This document shows, piece by piece, positions 40,049 to 50,572 of a stretch of DNA of 64,000 nt (within the stretch, counting starts at the first letter, position 1; each line of letters starts with the position of its first letter). The notes beneath the pieces are model-generated. The model worked only from the letters and a program-made list of their open reading frames with translations, searched no databases and was not told the DNA's origin. The stretch lies in the NCBI GenBank assembly GCA_035517095.1, contig DATIZK010000012.1, positions 8,843-72,842 on the forward strand, written 5' to 3'. Position numbers and translations under genes: made by a program. The stretch comes from Burkholderiales bacterium. GTDB taxonomy: Bacteria > Pseudomonadota > Gammaproteobacteria > Burkholderiales > SG8-39.

Positions 40049-40115
40049 GGGCGCGATGATAGCCGCACGCCCGCCGCAGCGGGCGCGTGCGCCCGCTCCG
40101 GCGCGGCGCGGATTT

Positions 40116-41435
40116 CTACCGGTTCATCTGCGCGAAATCGGCCAGCAGCTGGTTGGCCTTGCGCGCCGCTTCGTCCACCGCGGCCTTGGGCGAAAGCTGG
40201 CCCGCGACGGCCTTCTCGATCGCGGTGCGCTCGAACTCGCGCACCTGCACGAACGGCCCCATCCGGACGCCGGTGGCGGCGGCCGTGTCGCGCCGCCCCG
40301 AGAGGATCTGCAGGAAGGCGGTGAGGTAGTTCTGATCCTTGCTGAACCAGCCTTCCCCGAGCAGCTCCTGCACCGCGGCATTGACACTCGGGAAGTAACC
40401 GGTTCCCTTGTGCCACTCGACCGCGACCTGGGTCTGACCGAGATACTTGAAGAACTCCCATACCGCGCGCAGCTGCTCCTTGCTCTGCCCCTTGGTGACC
40501 CACAGGCTGGCGCCGCCGATCACCGAGTTGCCGCGCGGATAGCCTTCGAACCGCGGCAGGAAGGCCGTCCCGACGCGGAAGGGCGATCCCTGCTCGATGC
40601 CCGCGAGCGAAGAGGTCGACTGGATCAGCATCGCGATCTGCCCGCTCTGGAACGCCGCATTGGCCGAGTATTCCGGCCCGCCGTAGATGAAGACGTTTTC
40701 CTTCGCGAGCCGCGCCCAGGTGTCGATGACCTTGACGCCGAATGGGCTATCGAACAGGACCTTGGTCGCCAGGCCGCTGCGGCCGTTGTCGTGGTCGGTG
40801 AAGAGCTGGTTGTGGACCGCGAACATCTGCTCGAACGTCCAGTCCGGCCAGCCGAACGAGAGCACGTGCTTGACCGCGCCACTCGCCAGCAGCTTCTTGC
40901 CGTCCGCCTCGAGCTCGTCCCAGGTCGTGGGCGGCCGGTTCGGATCCAGCCCCGCCTTCTCGAACAGGTCCTTGTTGTAGTACATGATCTCGCTCGAGGA
41001 GTTGAACGGCAATGACCACAGATTGCCGGCCGTCGAGTAGTAGTTGGTGATCGGAATCACGTACTGCGCCCAGTCCCAGGTTTCGCCCACCATCCCCGGG
41101 ATCTGGTACACGGGAGTGACCGCGCCGCTCGAAAGCATCGTCTGGGTCCCCACCTCGTAGGACTGGACGATGGTAGGCGCCGTGTGCGAGCGGTACGCCG
41201 TGATGTACTTCGTCAGGGTCTCTTCGTAGCTGCCGGTGTAGAGCGCCTTGAGCTCGATGTCGGGGTGGGCGGCGTTGAAGTCCTTCACGATCGCGTCCAC
41301 CACCTTTCCGTTCGAGCCGCTCATCGCGTGCCACCAGGTGATCTCGACCTTGCCGGCCGCGACGGCAGCTTGGGGCACGACACAGACGCCCAGCGTCCAC
41401 GCGAGCCCGATTAATAGCCGCTTTCCGAATTTCAT
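40116..41435 (-). CDS. Extracellular solute-binding protein, UgpB paralogue (set 2), about 439 aa
   Basis: Track ORF 40116..41492, trimmed to ATG 41435: MKFGKRLLIGLAWTLGVCVVPQAAVAAGKVEITWWHAMSGSNGKVV...PFNSSSEIMYYNKDLFEKAGLDP. It aligns by eye with UgpB at 44411-45727 but is diverged. Confidence 0.85.
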   Translation of the reverse strand: MKFGKRLLIGLAWTLGVCVVPQAAVAAGKVEITWWHAMSGSNGKVVDAIVKDFNAAHPDIELKALYTGSYEETLTKYITAYRSHTAPTIVQSYEVGTQTMLSSGAVTPVYQIPGMVGETWDWAQYVIPITNYYSTAGNLWSLPFNSSSEIMYYNKDLFEKAGLDPNRPPTTWDELEADGKKLLASGAVKHVLSFGWPDWTFEQMFAVHNQLFTDHDNGRSGLATKVLFDSPFGVKVIDTWARLAKENVFIYGGPEYSANAAFQSGQIAMLIQSTSSLAGIEQGSPFRVGTAFLPRFEGYPRGNSVIGGASLWVTKGQSKEQLRAVWEFFKYLGQTQVAVEWHKGTGYFPSVNAAVQELLGEGWFSKDQNYLTAFLQILSGRRDTAAATGVRMGPFVQVREFERTAIEKAVAGQLSPKAAVDEAARKANQLLADFAQMNR

Positions 41436-41528
41436 TGCAGACCTCCCATGTCGTCCGTTGCCCGCACGTGATTGCACGGGCAGGTTTGCCACTTATAGCT
41501 GCCCGGAACGCGCACCGTTTGACGCAGG

Positions 41529-42614
<1,086 letters not shown>

Positions 42615-43463
42615 CTATTTCTCCTGTTCGATGAGGCCCTTGACGAACCATTTCTGCATCAGGATCACCACCAGCGCCGGCGGCAGCATCGCGAGCATCG
42701 CGGTGGTCATCACCAGGTTCCAGTCGACCGACGCGTCGCCCCCAGGGATCATGCGCTTGATGCCGATCACCACCGTGTACATGCTCTCCTGGGTCGTGAT
42801 GAGCAGCGGCCACAGGTACTGGTTCCAGCCGTAAATGAACAGAATCACGAACAAGGCCGCGATGTTGGTGCGCGACAGCGGCAGCACCACGTCCCAGAAG
42901 AAACGCATCGGCCCCGCGCCGTCCATCCACGCCGCCTCCATCAGGGAATCCGGGATCGTGAGGAAGAACTGGCGGAACAGGAAAGTGGCGGTCGCCGACG
43001 CAATGAGCGGCAGCACCAGCCCCTGGTAGCTGTCGACCATGTGCAGCTCCGAGACCACCTTGTAGGTCGGAAAGATGCGCACTTCGACCGGCAGCATAAG
43101 CGTGATGAAGATCATCCAGAAGAACAGCATGCGCAGCCGGAAGCGGAAATACACGATCGCGTACGCGGAGATGATCGAGATGATGATCTTGCCGATCGCG
43201 ATCGACAGCGCCATGATGAGGCTGTTCACCATCATGCGGCCGACAGGCGCCGTGCTCGCGCCGGCCACACCGTGCCTGAGCACGGCGACGACGTTCTGCC
43301 ACAGCTCGCCGCCGGGCCACAGCGGCAAGGGCACCTCGCGCATGCGCTCCGCGGTGTGCGTTGAGGCGACAAAGGTGAACCACACCGGGAACAGGATGAC
43401 CACGATCGCCGTGATCAGCAGCGCATGGCAGAAGAAGTTCAGCCCGGGGCGATGCTCGATCAT
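42615..43463 (-). CDS. ugpE: sn-Glycerol-3-phosphate ABC transporter permease
   Basis: Frame of track ORF 42615..44261 from ATG 43463: [34 protein letters not shown]...FRQFFLTIPDSLMEAAWMDGAGPMRFFWDVVLPLSRTN. The ATG shares 1 nt with the ugpA stop. Confidence 0.9.
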   Translation of the reverse strand: MIEHRPGLNFFCHALLITAIVVILFPVWFTFVASTHTAERMREVPLPLWPGGELWQNVVAVLRHGVAGASTAPVGRMMVNSLIMALSIAIGKIIISIISAYAIVYFRFRLRMLFFWMIFITLMLPVEVRIFPTYKVVSELHMVDSYQGLVLPLIASATATFLFRQFFLTIPDSLMEAAWMDGAGPMRFFWDVVLPLSRTNIAALFVILFIYGWNQYLWPLLITTQESMYTVVIGIKRMIPGGDASVDWNLVMTTAMLAMLPPALVVILMQKWFVKGLIEQEK

Positions 43464-44353
43464 CAGTACTCGACCCTGCGCTCGATGTAGCGGAACTGGA
43501 TGACCGTGAGCGCGATCACGATAACCATCAGGATCACCGACTGCGCAGCCGAGCCGCTGATGTCGAGGCCCTTGAAGCCGTCGCGGTAGACCTTGTAGAC
43601 CAGGATCTGGGTCGACTGCATCGGGCCGCCCTCGGTCGCGGCGTCGATGACGCCGAAGGTCTCGAAGAAGGCGTAGACGACGTTGACCACCAGCAGGAAG
43701 AACGAGGTCGGTGACAGCAGCGGAAAGGCGATGGTGGCGAAGCGCTTGACCGGGCCGGCGCCGTCGATCGCGGCGGCTTCGGTCAACGAGCGCGGAATCG
43801 ACTGCAGCCCGGCGAGGAAGAACAGGAAGTTGTAGCTGATCTGGCGCCAGGTCGAGGCTATCACCACCAGGATCATCGCCTGGCCGCTGTAGAGCAGGTA
43901 GTTCCAATCGTAGCCGAACCACGCTCTTAGCACGTAGGTCACCAGGCCGAGCGAAGGGTTGAAGATGAAGCTCCACAGCACCGCTGCGACCGCCGGCGCC
44001 ACGGCGTAGGGCCAGATCACAAGGGTCTGGTACACCGTGGCTGCGCGCAGCAGGTAATCGCAACAGGCGGCAAGCACCAGGCCGATGCCCATCCCGGACA
44101 CGGCGACCAGCAGGCTGAACTCGGCGGTGGTCTTGAACGAGGCGAGGTAGCGCGGGTCGGCGAACAGGTCCCTGAAGTTGTCGAACCAGACGAACTGCGT
44201 ATTGGTGCCGAAGGCGTTCTGCAGCAGCACCGACTGCCACATCGCCTGCCCGGCCGGCCACATGAAGAATACGAGCGTGATCGCGAGCTGCGGCGCCACC
44301 AGCACGTACGGCAGCCAGGCGCTCGGGAAATGGGTCCGCTTCTCGGTGGCCAT
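43463..44353 (-). CDS. ugpA: sn-Glycerol-3-phosphate ABC transporter permease
   Basis: Track ORF, 296 aa: [35 protein letters not shown]...[31 protein letters not shown]. Confidence 0.9.
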   Translation of the reverse strand: MATEKRTHFPSAWLPYVLVAPQLAITLVFFMWPAGQAMWQSVLLQNAFGTNTQFVWFDNFRDLFADPRYLASFKTTAEFSLLVAVSGMGIGLVLAACCDYLLRAATVYQTLVIWPYAVAPAVAAVLWSFIFNPSLGLVTYVLRAWFGYDWNYLLYSGQAMILVVIASTWRQISYNFLFFLAGLQSIPRSLTEAAAIDGAGPVKRFATIAFPLLSPTSFFLLVVNVVYAFFETFGVIDAATEGGPMQSTQILVYKVYRDGFKGLDISGSAAQSVILMVIVIALTVIQFRYIERRVEY

Positions 44354-44410
44354 AAAAAGGACGGCCCCTGGCGGGGCCGTCCCGTGCTCACTCCGGGCCG
44401 GCGGCCCCTG

Positions 44411-45727
44411 TTACCTGTTCTCGCGCTGGAACTTGCGCAGCAGCACGTCGCCGCGCTTGACCGCCTCGTCCAACGCCGCCTTGGCCGACTTCTTGCCCGT
44501 CCAGACCGCTTCGAGCTCCTCGTCGGTCACGTCGCGGATCTGCGGCAGGTAGCCGAGACGCACGCCCTTGGACACCTTGGTCGGGTTCCTGTCGAGCAGC
44601 TGCTTGACCGCGATGTCGGTCCCCGGGTTCTTGTCGTAATAGCCATCCTGCTTGGTCAGCTCGTAGGCCCCTTTGGTGATCGGCACGTAGCCGGTGTTCT
44701 GGTGCCAGCGCGCCTGGATCTTGGGCGAGGACATGAACTCGAAGAACGCCGCCGTCGCTTTCTCGCGGTCCTTCGACCTGCCGGTGAAGGTCCACAGGCT
44801 CGCGCCGCCGATGATCGTGTTCTGCGGCGCGCCCTTGGCGAACGCGTCGTACGGCAGGTAGGACATGCCGACGTCGAACTTGGCATTCTTCACGATGTTG
44901 GCGCGGGCCGCCGAGGACGAAGTGAGCATCGCGCAGTCGCCGGCGTAGAACTTGGCCTCGGGCTGCGTCGTGCGCCCGGCATAGGTGAAGCGGCCGTCCT
45001 TCGCCCACTTGCCGAGCTCCGCGATGTGTCTCACGATGGTCGGATTGTTGAACGTTAGCTTGGCCCCGAGCCCGCCGAAGCCGTTCTCCAGCGTCGCGAA
45101 TTGCACGTTGTCCCAGGCGCTCATGGTCTCCATCTGCACCCAGACCTCCCAGCCTGTGGTGAACGCGCAAGGCGCCGCGCCGCTGCTCTTGATCTTGGCT
45201 GCGTCTTCGCCCACCTCGTCCCAGGTCTTGGGCGGGTTGGCCGGGTCGAGTCCCGCCTTCTTGAACGCGTCCTTGTTGTAGAAGAACACCGGCGTCGAGC
45301 TGTTGAACGGCATCGAGATGAGTCGCCCGTGCGTATCGCTGTAGTAGCTCGCGACCGCCGGCATGTAGGCGCTCATGTCGAGCTTGTTGCCGGTCTGCTC
45401 CATCAGCTTGTAAACAGGCAGTACCGCCCCTTTGGCCGCCATCATGGTTGCCGTGCCGACCTCGAACACCTGCAGGATGTCCGGCGCGTTGCCGGCGCGG
45501 TAGGCGGCGATGCCCGCCGCCATGGTGTCGGCATAACCGCCCTTGTAGACCGGCACGACCTTGTAATCGGACTGCGAGGCGTTGAAATCGTCGGCGATCA
45601 GATTGACTTGGTCGCCCAGGGCCCCGGTCATCGCGTGCCACCACTGGATTTCGGTTACGGCGTACGACGGGACCGCCGTAAACAGGGCAGCACCGGCGAG
45701 CGCCGCGGTCAATAGCTTCATGCGCAT
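44411..45727 (-). CDS. ugpB: sn-Glycerol-3-phosphate-binding periplasmic protein
   Basis: Track ORF 44411..45823, trimmed to ATG 45727 (preceded by GAGGAGAG): MRMKLLTAALAGAALFTAVPSYAVTEIQWWHAMTGALGDQVN...PFNSSTPVFFYNKDAFKKAGLDP. Confidence 0.9.
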   Translation of the reverse strand: MRMKLLTAALAGAALFTAVPSYAVTEIQWWHAMTGALGDQVNLIADDFNASQSDYKVVPVYKGGYADTMAAGIAAYRAGNAPDILQVFEVGTATMMAAKGAVLPVYKLMEQTGNKLDMSAYMPAVASYYSDTHGRLISMPFNSSTPVFFYNKDAFKKAGLDPANPPKTWDEVGEDAAKIKSSGAAPCAFTTGWEVWVQMETMSAWDNVQFATLENGFGGLGAKLTFNNPTIVRHIAELGKWAKDGRFTYAGRTTQPEAKFYAGDCAMLTSSSAARANIVKNAKFDVGMSYLPYDAFAKGAPQNTIIGGASLWTFTGRSKDREKATAAFFEFMSSPKIQARWHQNTGYVPITKGAYELTKQDGYYDKNPGTDIAVKQLLDRNPTKVSKGVRLGYLPQIRDVTDEELEAVWTGKKSAKAALDEAVKRGDVLLRKFQRENR

Positions 45728-45808
45728 GGTTCTCTCCTCTTGTTGATTGAGTCCGCGTGATGGAGCCGCGGGCAAGTGTTCATTCAACTCCAGCTTATAA
45801 GCTCCGCG

Positions 45809-45824
45809 TTTGACCAGGGTCAAA
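45809..45824. promoter_or_regulatory. 16-bp palindrome TTTGACC-AG-GGTCAAA, 82-97 nt upstream of the ugpB start codon (candidate operator)
   Basis: Read directly: perfect 7-bp arms. It lies in the 207-bp divergent ugpB/amidase intergenic region. Confidence 0.3.
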
Positions 45825-45934
45825 CCGCAGCGCCGCCGACAGGATAGCGGATTATTATTGCAAAACAGTCACGCCGCTCCTCCCGAGGGCGTGCAGCGGC
45901 CAGTATATATACACCTCTGACCGAGGGGGCGCCG

Positions 45935-47335
45935 ATGTCCGCGATCCACGACCTTTCCGCCGCCAAGCTCGCTGACGAGTTCCGGCGCGGCAGCCTTTCG
46001 CCGCTCGAGGTCGCCACGGCGCAGCTGGCCTGGATCGAGGCATGGGAGCCGAAGCTGAACGCGATGTACCGCCTGGACCGCGACGGCGCCCTTGCGCAGG
46101 CCCGGGTGGCCGAGGCGCGCTGGCGCACGGGCAGGCCGCTCTCGGCGCTCGACGGGGTGCCGGTCACGATCAAGGAGAACATCGCCACGCGCGGCGACCC
46201 GGCGCCGATCGGCACGCGCGCCAACGAGGACGCCCTGCCCGCCGCGGCCGACGCCCCGCCCGCGGCGCGCCTGCGCGAGGCCGGCGCGGTGATCCTGGGC
46301 AAGACCACGATGCCCGACTACGGCATGCTGTCCTCGGGGCTGTCGAGCCTGCACGGGGTGACCCGCAACCCCTGGCGCCTGGACCGCAACACCTCCGGCT
46401 CGAGCTCCGGCGCCGCGGCAGCCGCCGCGGCAGGCTACGCCCCGCTGCACCTGGGCACCGACATCGGCGGCTCGGTGCGACTGCCGGCCACCCATTGCGG
46501 CATCTTCGCGCTCAAGCCCTCGCTCGGGCGGGTGCCGATCCACCCGCCGTACATGGGCCGGGTCGCGGGGCCGATGACGCGCCGCGTGGCCGACGCCGCG
46601 CTGATGATGAACATCCTGTCGCGGCCGGACGCGCGCGACTTCATGAGCCTGCCGCCGCAGCAGATCGATTTCGCGGCCGGGCTCGAAGGCCTGGCGCTCG
46701 GCAAGCTGAAGATCGGCTTCCTGCCCGACATGCGGGCCGGGCTGCCGGTGAACGCCGAAGTGCGCGCCGCCGCGGCGGCGGGGGCAAAGGCGCTCGAGCG
46801 CGCCGGCTGCGCGGTGGAGGAAATGCAAAGCTTTCTCACCCCCGAAATGCTCGACGGAATGTGCCGCTTCTTCGAGGCGCGCTCGTACAACGACTACGTC
46901 CAGCTGCCGCCCGCGAAGCAGGCGAAGGTGCTGCCGTTCATCGCCGAATGGTGCAGCTGGCGCGCCAAGAGCTTCAGCGGGCGCGAGGTGATCGATGCCT
47001 ACGGCCAGGTGATGGCGATGCGCGAAGCCGCAGTCGCGGCCTGCCGGCCCTTCGACTTCGTCCTTTCCCCGGTCTCGCCCATCCTGCCTTACGAGGCCGA
47101 AAGCCCGGCTCCCGGCAACGACCCGCACGACGCGCTGCCGCATATCGCGTTCACCGTGCCGTACAACATGTCCGAGCAGCCCGCCGCGTCGCTCAACTGG
47201 AGCTTCAGCGCCGACGGCCTGCCGATCGGCGTGCAGCTGATCGGGCGCCGCTTCGACGACCTCGGCGTGCTGCGCCTCGCGCACGCGCTCGAGGCCCTGC
47301 GCCCGGCGCAGAAGGCCTGGCCCGAACTTCTCTAG
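45935..47335 (+). CDS. Amidase-signature family amidase (466 aa)
   Basis: Track ORF: ...LDGVPVTIKENIATRG...GKTTMPDYGMLSSG...GGSSSGAAAAAAAGYAPLHLGTDIGGSVRLPA. The GGSSxG and Ser-cisSer-Lys signature region are present. Confidence 0.9.
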   Translation: MSAIHDLSAAKLADEFRRGSLSPLEVATAQLAWIEAWEPKLNAMYRLDRDGALAQARVAEARWRTGRPLSALDGVPVTIKENIATRGDPAPIGTRANEDALPAAADAPPAARLREAGAVILGKTTMPDYGMLSSGLSSLHGVTRNPWRLDRNTSGSSSGAAAAAAAGYAPLHLGTDIGGSVRLPATHCGIFALKPSLGRVPIHPPYMGRVAGPMTRRVADAALMMNILSRPDARDFMSLPPQQIDFAAGLEGLALGKLKIGFLPDMRAGLPVNAEVRAAAAAGAKALERAGCAVEEMQSFLTPEMLDGMCRFFEARSYNDYVQLPPAKQAKVLPFIAEWCSWRAKSFSGREVIDAYGQVMAMREAAVAACRPFDFVLSPVSPILPYEAESPAPGNDPHDALPHIAFTVPYNMSEQPAASLNWSFSADGLPIGVQLIGRRFDDLGVLRLAHALEALRPAQKAWPELL

Positions 47336-48837
47336 CCGGCGTAGGCGGGCCCGAGCGGGCGCAGGCGCAGGCCTTTGCGCAGCCTGGTCCAGCCGAACTC
47401 GGACGGGTCGGCAAGCGCCGGGCCGGGCGCCTTGACCACCAGGATCTCGCGCGCGATCGGCTCGAAGTCGGCGCGGAAGTGGACCGAGCTCTTGAGGCCC
47501 AGGATGCGCTCGCGGCGCGGCTCGAGGCCGAGGTGGCGGAACATCTCCTGGTCGGCGGCCTGCACCTTCCTCGAGGCGAGCGCGACGCGCACCCCCGGCG
47601 CGGCGCGGCTCCTGAGCAGCGCCATCGGCCCCAGCGTCATGCGAAAGCCCTTGAACATCGGCCCGGTGCAGGTGAAGTTGCCGTCGGCCAGCCGCTCGAC
47701 CGTGAACTCGCCGGCGAACGGGGCGTCCCCGGCAACGCGCGACTTGCCGCCGAGCGAGAAGGCGAGCGTCGCGCCCTGCCCCGCCTCGTGCGCGCGCTTG
47801 GCCGCGGCGGCGTCGATCAGCAGGCCGAGCGCCGCCTCGGGCGCGTTCTGCCGCACCAGCGCCGCGAGCAGCCCGGTGGTGTCGCCGTTGCCGCCCGCGC
47901 CGGGGTTGTCCTGGGTGTCGGCCAGCACCACCGGCGCGCCCGGCTCGCCGATGCTGCGCGCGCGCCGCACCGCGTCGTCCGGCGCGTGCAGCTCGAGCGC
48001 GAACTCGCGCTCCGCGCCGGCCACCGCCTCGCGCAGGCGCTCGACCGCGGCGCCGACCGCGCGCGCATCGCCGCCGTAGCCGAACACCGCCATGCCGCAC
48101 TCCTCGAAATCCGCCATCGGAAAGCCGGGCGTGAACGACAGCACCACGTCGTAGACGTTCTCCAGCTCGCCCAGCGCGCGGTAAAGGCCGCGGCAGGGCT
48201 CGATGAACGAGGACTGCGAGGGCAGCCCGGTGAGGAAGTCGAGCGTGTGGGAGGCCGAGGCGAGCCGCGCGCCGGTCCTGAGCATGCGATCGAGCAGGCG
48301 CGCGGCGCGCGCGCCGGTGTCGGCCATGTCGACGTGAGGATAGGTGCGGTAGGCGACCAGCGCGTCGGCGCGCTCGAGCATGGCGCGCGTCAGGTTGCAG
48401 TGCAGGTCGAGGCTGGCGGCGATCGGCACACGCGGGCCGACCAGCTCGCGCACGCGGCGCAGGATCTCTCCTTCGCCGTCGTCGTGGTCTTCGGTCACCA
48501 TCGCGCCGTGCAGGTCGAGGTAGACGCCGTCCACCGGCAGCGCCGCCTTGAGGTTCTCGGCCAGGCCGCCGAGGATGCGCTCGAAGGCGTCGCGGGTGAC
48601 GTGCGCCGACGGGCTGGCGGCCGCCCAGGCCGTTCCGAGCAGCCGGTGGCCCAGCCCGCGCAGGGCCTGGATCGCCCCCGCGGCCGGGATGTTGGCGCCT
48701 TCGACCGCCTCGAACAGCGCCTCGCCGTACTTGACCCCGGGCCAGCCGCCGCCAGCCTCGAACGCGGCGTAGTCGGCGCGCGAGGGCGCGAAGGTGTTGG
48801 TCTCGTGCTGAAAGCCGCCGACCGCGATGCGTGCCAT
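47332..48837 (-). CDS. M81-family metallopeptidase (MlrC/microcystinase C-like), about 501 aa
   Basis: Track ORF 47332..48888, trimmed to ATG 48837: MARIAVGGFQHETNTFAPSRADYAAFE...VDGVYLDLHGAMVTEDHDDGEGEILRRVR...LVAYRTYPHVDM. Confidence 0.85.
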   Translation of the reverse strand: MARIAVGGFQHETNTFAPSRADYAAFEAGGGWPGVKYGEALFEAVEGANIPAAGAIQALRGLGHRLLGTAWAAASPSAHVTRDAFERILGGLAENLKAALPVDGVYLDLHGAMVTEDHDDGEGEILRRVRELVGPRVPIAASLDLHCNLTRAMLERADALVAYRTYPHVDMADTGARAARLLDRMLRTGARLASASHTLDFLTGLPSQSSFIEPCRGLYRALGELENVYDVVLSFTPGFPMADFEECGMAVFGYGGDARAVGAAVERLREAVAGAEREFALELHAPDDAVRRARSIGEPGAPVVLADTQDNPGAGGNGDTTGLLAALVRQNAPEAALGLLIDAAAAKRAHEAGQGATLAFSLGGKSRVAGDAPFAGEFTVERLADGNFTCTGPMFKGFRMTLGPMALLRSRAAPGVRVALASRKVQAADQEMFRHLGLEPRRERILGLKSSVHFRADFEPIAREILVVKAPGPALADPSEFGWTRLRKGLRLRPLGPAYAG

Positions 48838-48924
48838 GGGGATCCTTACAGGTTGCCGCTGGATGCTTGCTGGGGCGTAAGCGTTCAATTATCGTGTCAG
48901 GCGCTGCCATTCAGGGAGACCCAA

Positions 48925-50508
48925 ATGATCTCATTTCGCAGAATCGCCGTGCTCGCCGCCGCGTTCGCCGCCGTCGGCGCCTCGGCGGGCGCCTTGGCGC
49001 AGGACAAGGTGCTGCGCGTGGTGACGCACTCCAACCTGTCGATTCTGGATCCGATCTGGACCACCGCCTACATGAGCCGCAATCACGGCTACATGATCTA
49101 CGACACCCTGTTCGGCACCGATGCCAAGGCGCGCGTGCGGCCGCAGATGGTCGACACCTGGAAGATGTCCAAGGACGGCAAGACCTGGACCTTCAAGCTG
49201 CGCAAAGGCCTGGCGTTTCACGACGGCGCGCCGGTGACCAGCGAGGACGTGACGGCGTCGCTCAAGCGCTGGGGGGCGCGCGACGCCATGGGCCAGCAGC
49301 TGATGAGCTTCGTCGAGGCGATGGAAACGCCGGCGCCGGACACCTTCGTGCTCAAGCTGAAGGAGCCCTGCGGCTTCGTGCTCGAGGCCCTGGGCAAGCC
49401 GTCCTCGAACGTGCCGTTCATCATGCCCAAGCGGGTCGCCGAAACCGACCCGTTCAAGCAGATCGACGACTACACCGGGTCCGGGCCCTACATCTTCAAG
49501 AAGGACGAGTTCAAGCCGGGCGACAAGGCGGTGTACGTCAAGAACACCAAGTACGTGCCGCGCAAGGAGCCCGCCTCGGGAACGGCCGGCGGCAAGCGCG
49601 TGTACGTCGACCGGGTCGAGTTCAACCTCGCATTGCGCGACGCGCAGGCGCAGGTAAACGCGCTGGCCAAGGGCGAGGTCGACATCCTCGAGCGCCCGGC
49701 GTTCGAGAGCTACGCGCAGCTCAAGGACGCCAAAGGGGTCGAGCTGGTGAACCGCGACCCGACCGGCTTTCAGTACATGTGCCGCTTCAACGCGCTGTAC
49801 CCGCCGTTCGACAACGCCAAGGTGCGGCGCGCGGCGCTGGCGTCGTTCCGCCAGGAAGCCTTCCTCCAGGCGCAGGTCGGGATCAAGGAGTACTACCACA
49901 GCTGCCCGTCGATGTTCACCTGCGGCACGCCCTACGCCAGCACCGCCGGCAGCGAGATCATGGCCAAGTCCAACATGAAGAAGGCGCGTGAGCTGCTCAA
50001 GGCATCGGGCTACGACGGCACGCCGGTGGTGCTGATGAAGCCGACCGACCTGGCGGCGATCCAGAAGCTGCCCGACGTCGCGGCGCAGCTCATGCGCCAG
50101 GCGGGCTTCAAGGTCGACCTGCAGGCGATGGACTGGCAGACGCTGGTGTCGCGTCGCGCCAAGAAGGACCCGCCGTCGCAGGGCGGCTGGAACATGTTCT
50201 GCACCGCCTGGGTGGCGCCCGACATCTGGAGCCCGCTCAACAACGCCGCGCTCGACACCAAGGGCCGCAAGGCGTCGTGGTTCGGCTGGCCCGACGATCC
50301 CAAGATCGAGCAGCTCAAGGCGCAGTTCGCGCGCGAGCTCGATCTCGGCAAGCGCAAGAAGCTCGCGGCCGAGATCCAGGCCGAGGCCTTCGCCTACGGC
50401 ACCCACGCGCCGCTGGGCGAATACATCAACCCGGTCGCGGTGCGCAAGGGCATCACCGGTCTGGTGATCGGGCCGGGGGACTTCTACTGGAACGTGAAGA
50501 AGAACTGA
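48925..50508 (+). CDS. ABC transporter substrate-binding protein, family 5 (peptide/nickel type), 527 aa
   Basis: In frame within track ORF 46042..50508 from ATG 48925: MISFRRIAVLAAAFAAVGASAGALAQDKVLRVVTHSNLSILDPIWTTAYMSRNHGYMIYDTLFG... Confidence 0.9.
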   Translation: MISFRRIAVLAAAFAAVGASAGALAQDKVLRVVTHSNLSILDPIWTTAYMSRNHGYMIYDTLFGTDAKARVRPQMVDTWKMSKDGKTWTFKLRKGLAFHDGAPVTSEDVTASLKRWGARDAMGQQLMSFVEAMETPAPDTFVLKLKEPCGFVLEALGKPSSNVPFIMPKRVAETDPFKQIDDYTGSGPYIFKKDEFKPGDKAVYVKNTKYVPRKEPASGTAGGKRVYVDRVEFNLALRDAQAQVNALAKGEVDILERPAFESYAQLKDAKGVELVNRDPTGFQYMCRFNALYPPFDNAKVRRAALASFRQEAFLQAQVGIKEYYHSCPSMFTCGTPYASTAGSEIMAKSNMKKARELLKASGYDGTPVVLMKPTDLAAIQKLPDVAAQLMRQAGFKVDLQAMDWQTLVSRRAKKDPPSQGGWNMFCTAWVAPDIWSPLNNAALDTKGRKASWFGWPDDPKIEQLKAQFARELDLGKRKKLAAEIQAEAFAYGTHAPLGEYINPVAVRKGITGLVIGPGDFYWNVKKN

Positions 50509-50524
50509 GCCGTTGCGCTAGCAT

Positions 50525-50563
50525 GGCGGCTCCGGGGTGATCCCCGGGGCCGCTTTTTTTTTT
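50525..50563 (+). terminator. Rho-independent terminator/attenuator: 12-bp GC stem (one G-U), 4-nt loop, T11 tract
   Basis: GCGGCTCCGGGG-TGAT-CCCCGGGGCCGC followed by 11 T (50553-50563). It starts 17 nt after the binding-protein stop. The next gene's GTG is only 9 nt beyond the T tract. Confidence 0.75.
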
Positions 50564-50572
50564 CGAGCCACC

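Noticed and set aside
45728-45934. Pho box upstream of ugpB.
   Set aside because: I looked for CTGTCAT-type direct repeats at 11-bp spacing. On the ugpB strand only two CTGT tetramers 26 nt apart are present, which is not a convincing PhoB site by eye. A weight-matrix scan would be needed.
50537-50572. Track start of the first Dpp-type permease at 50537 (MIPGAAFFFRATVFKF...).
   Set aside because: These codons are the terminator stem and T11 tract read as protein (the FFF run). The conserved permease N-terminus begins at GTG 50573.
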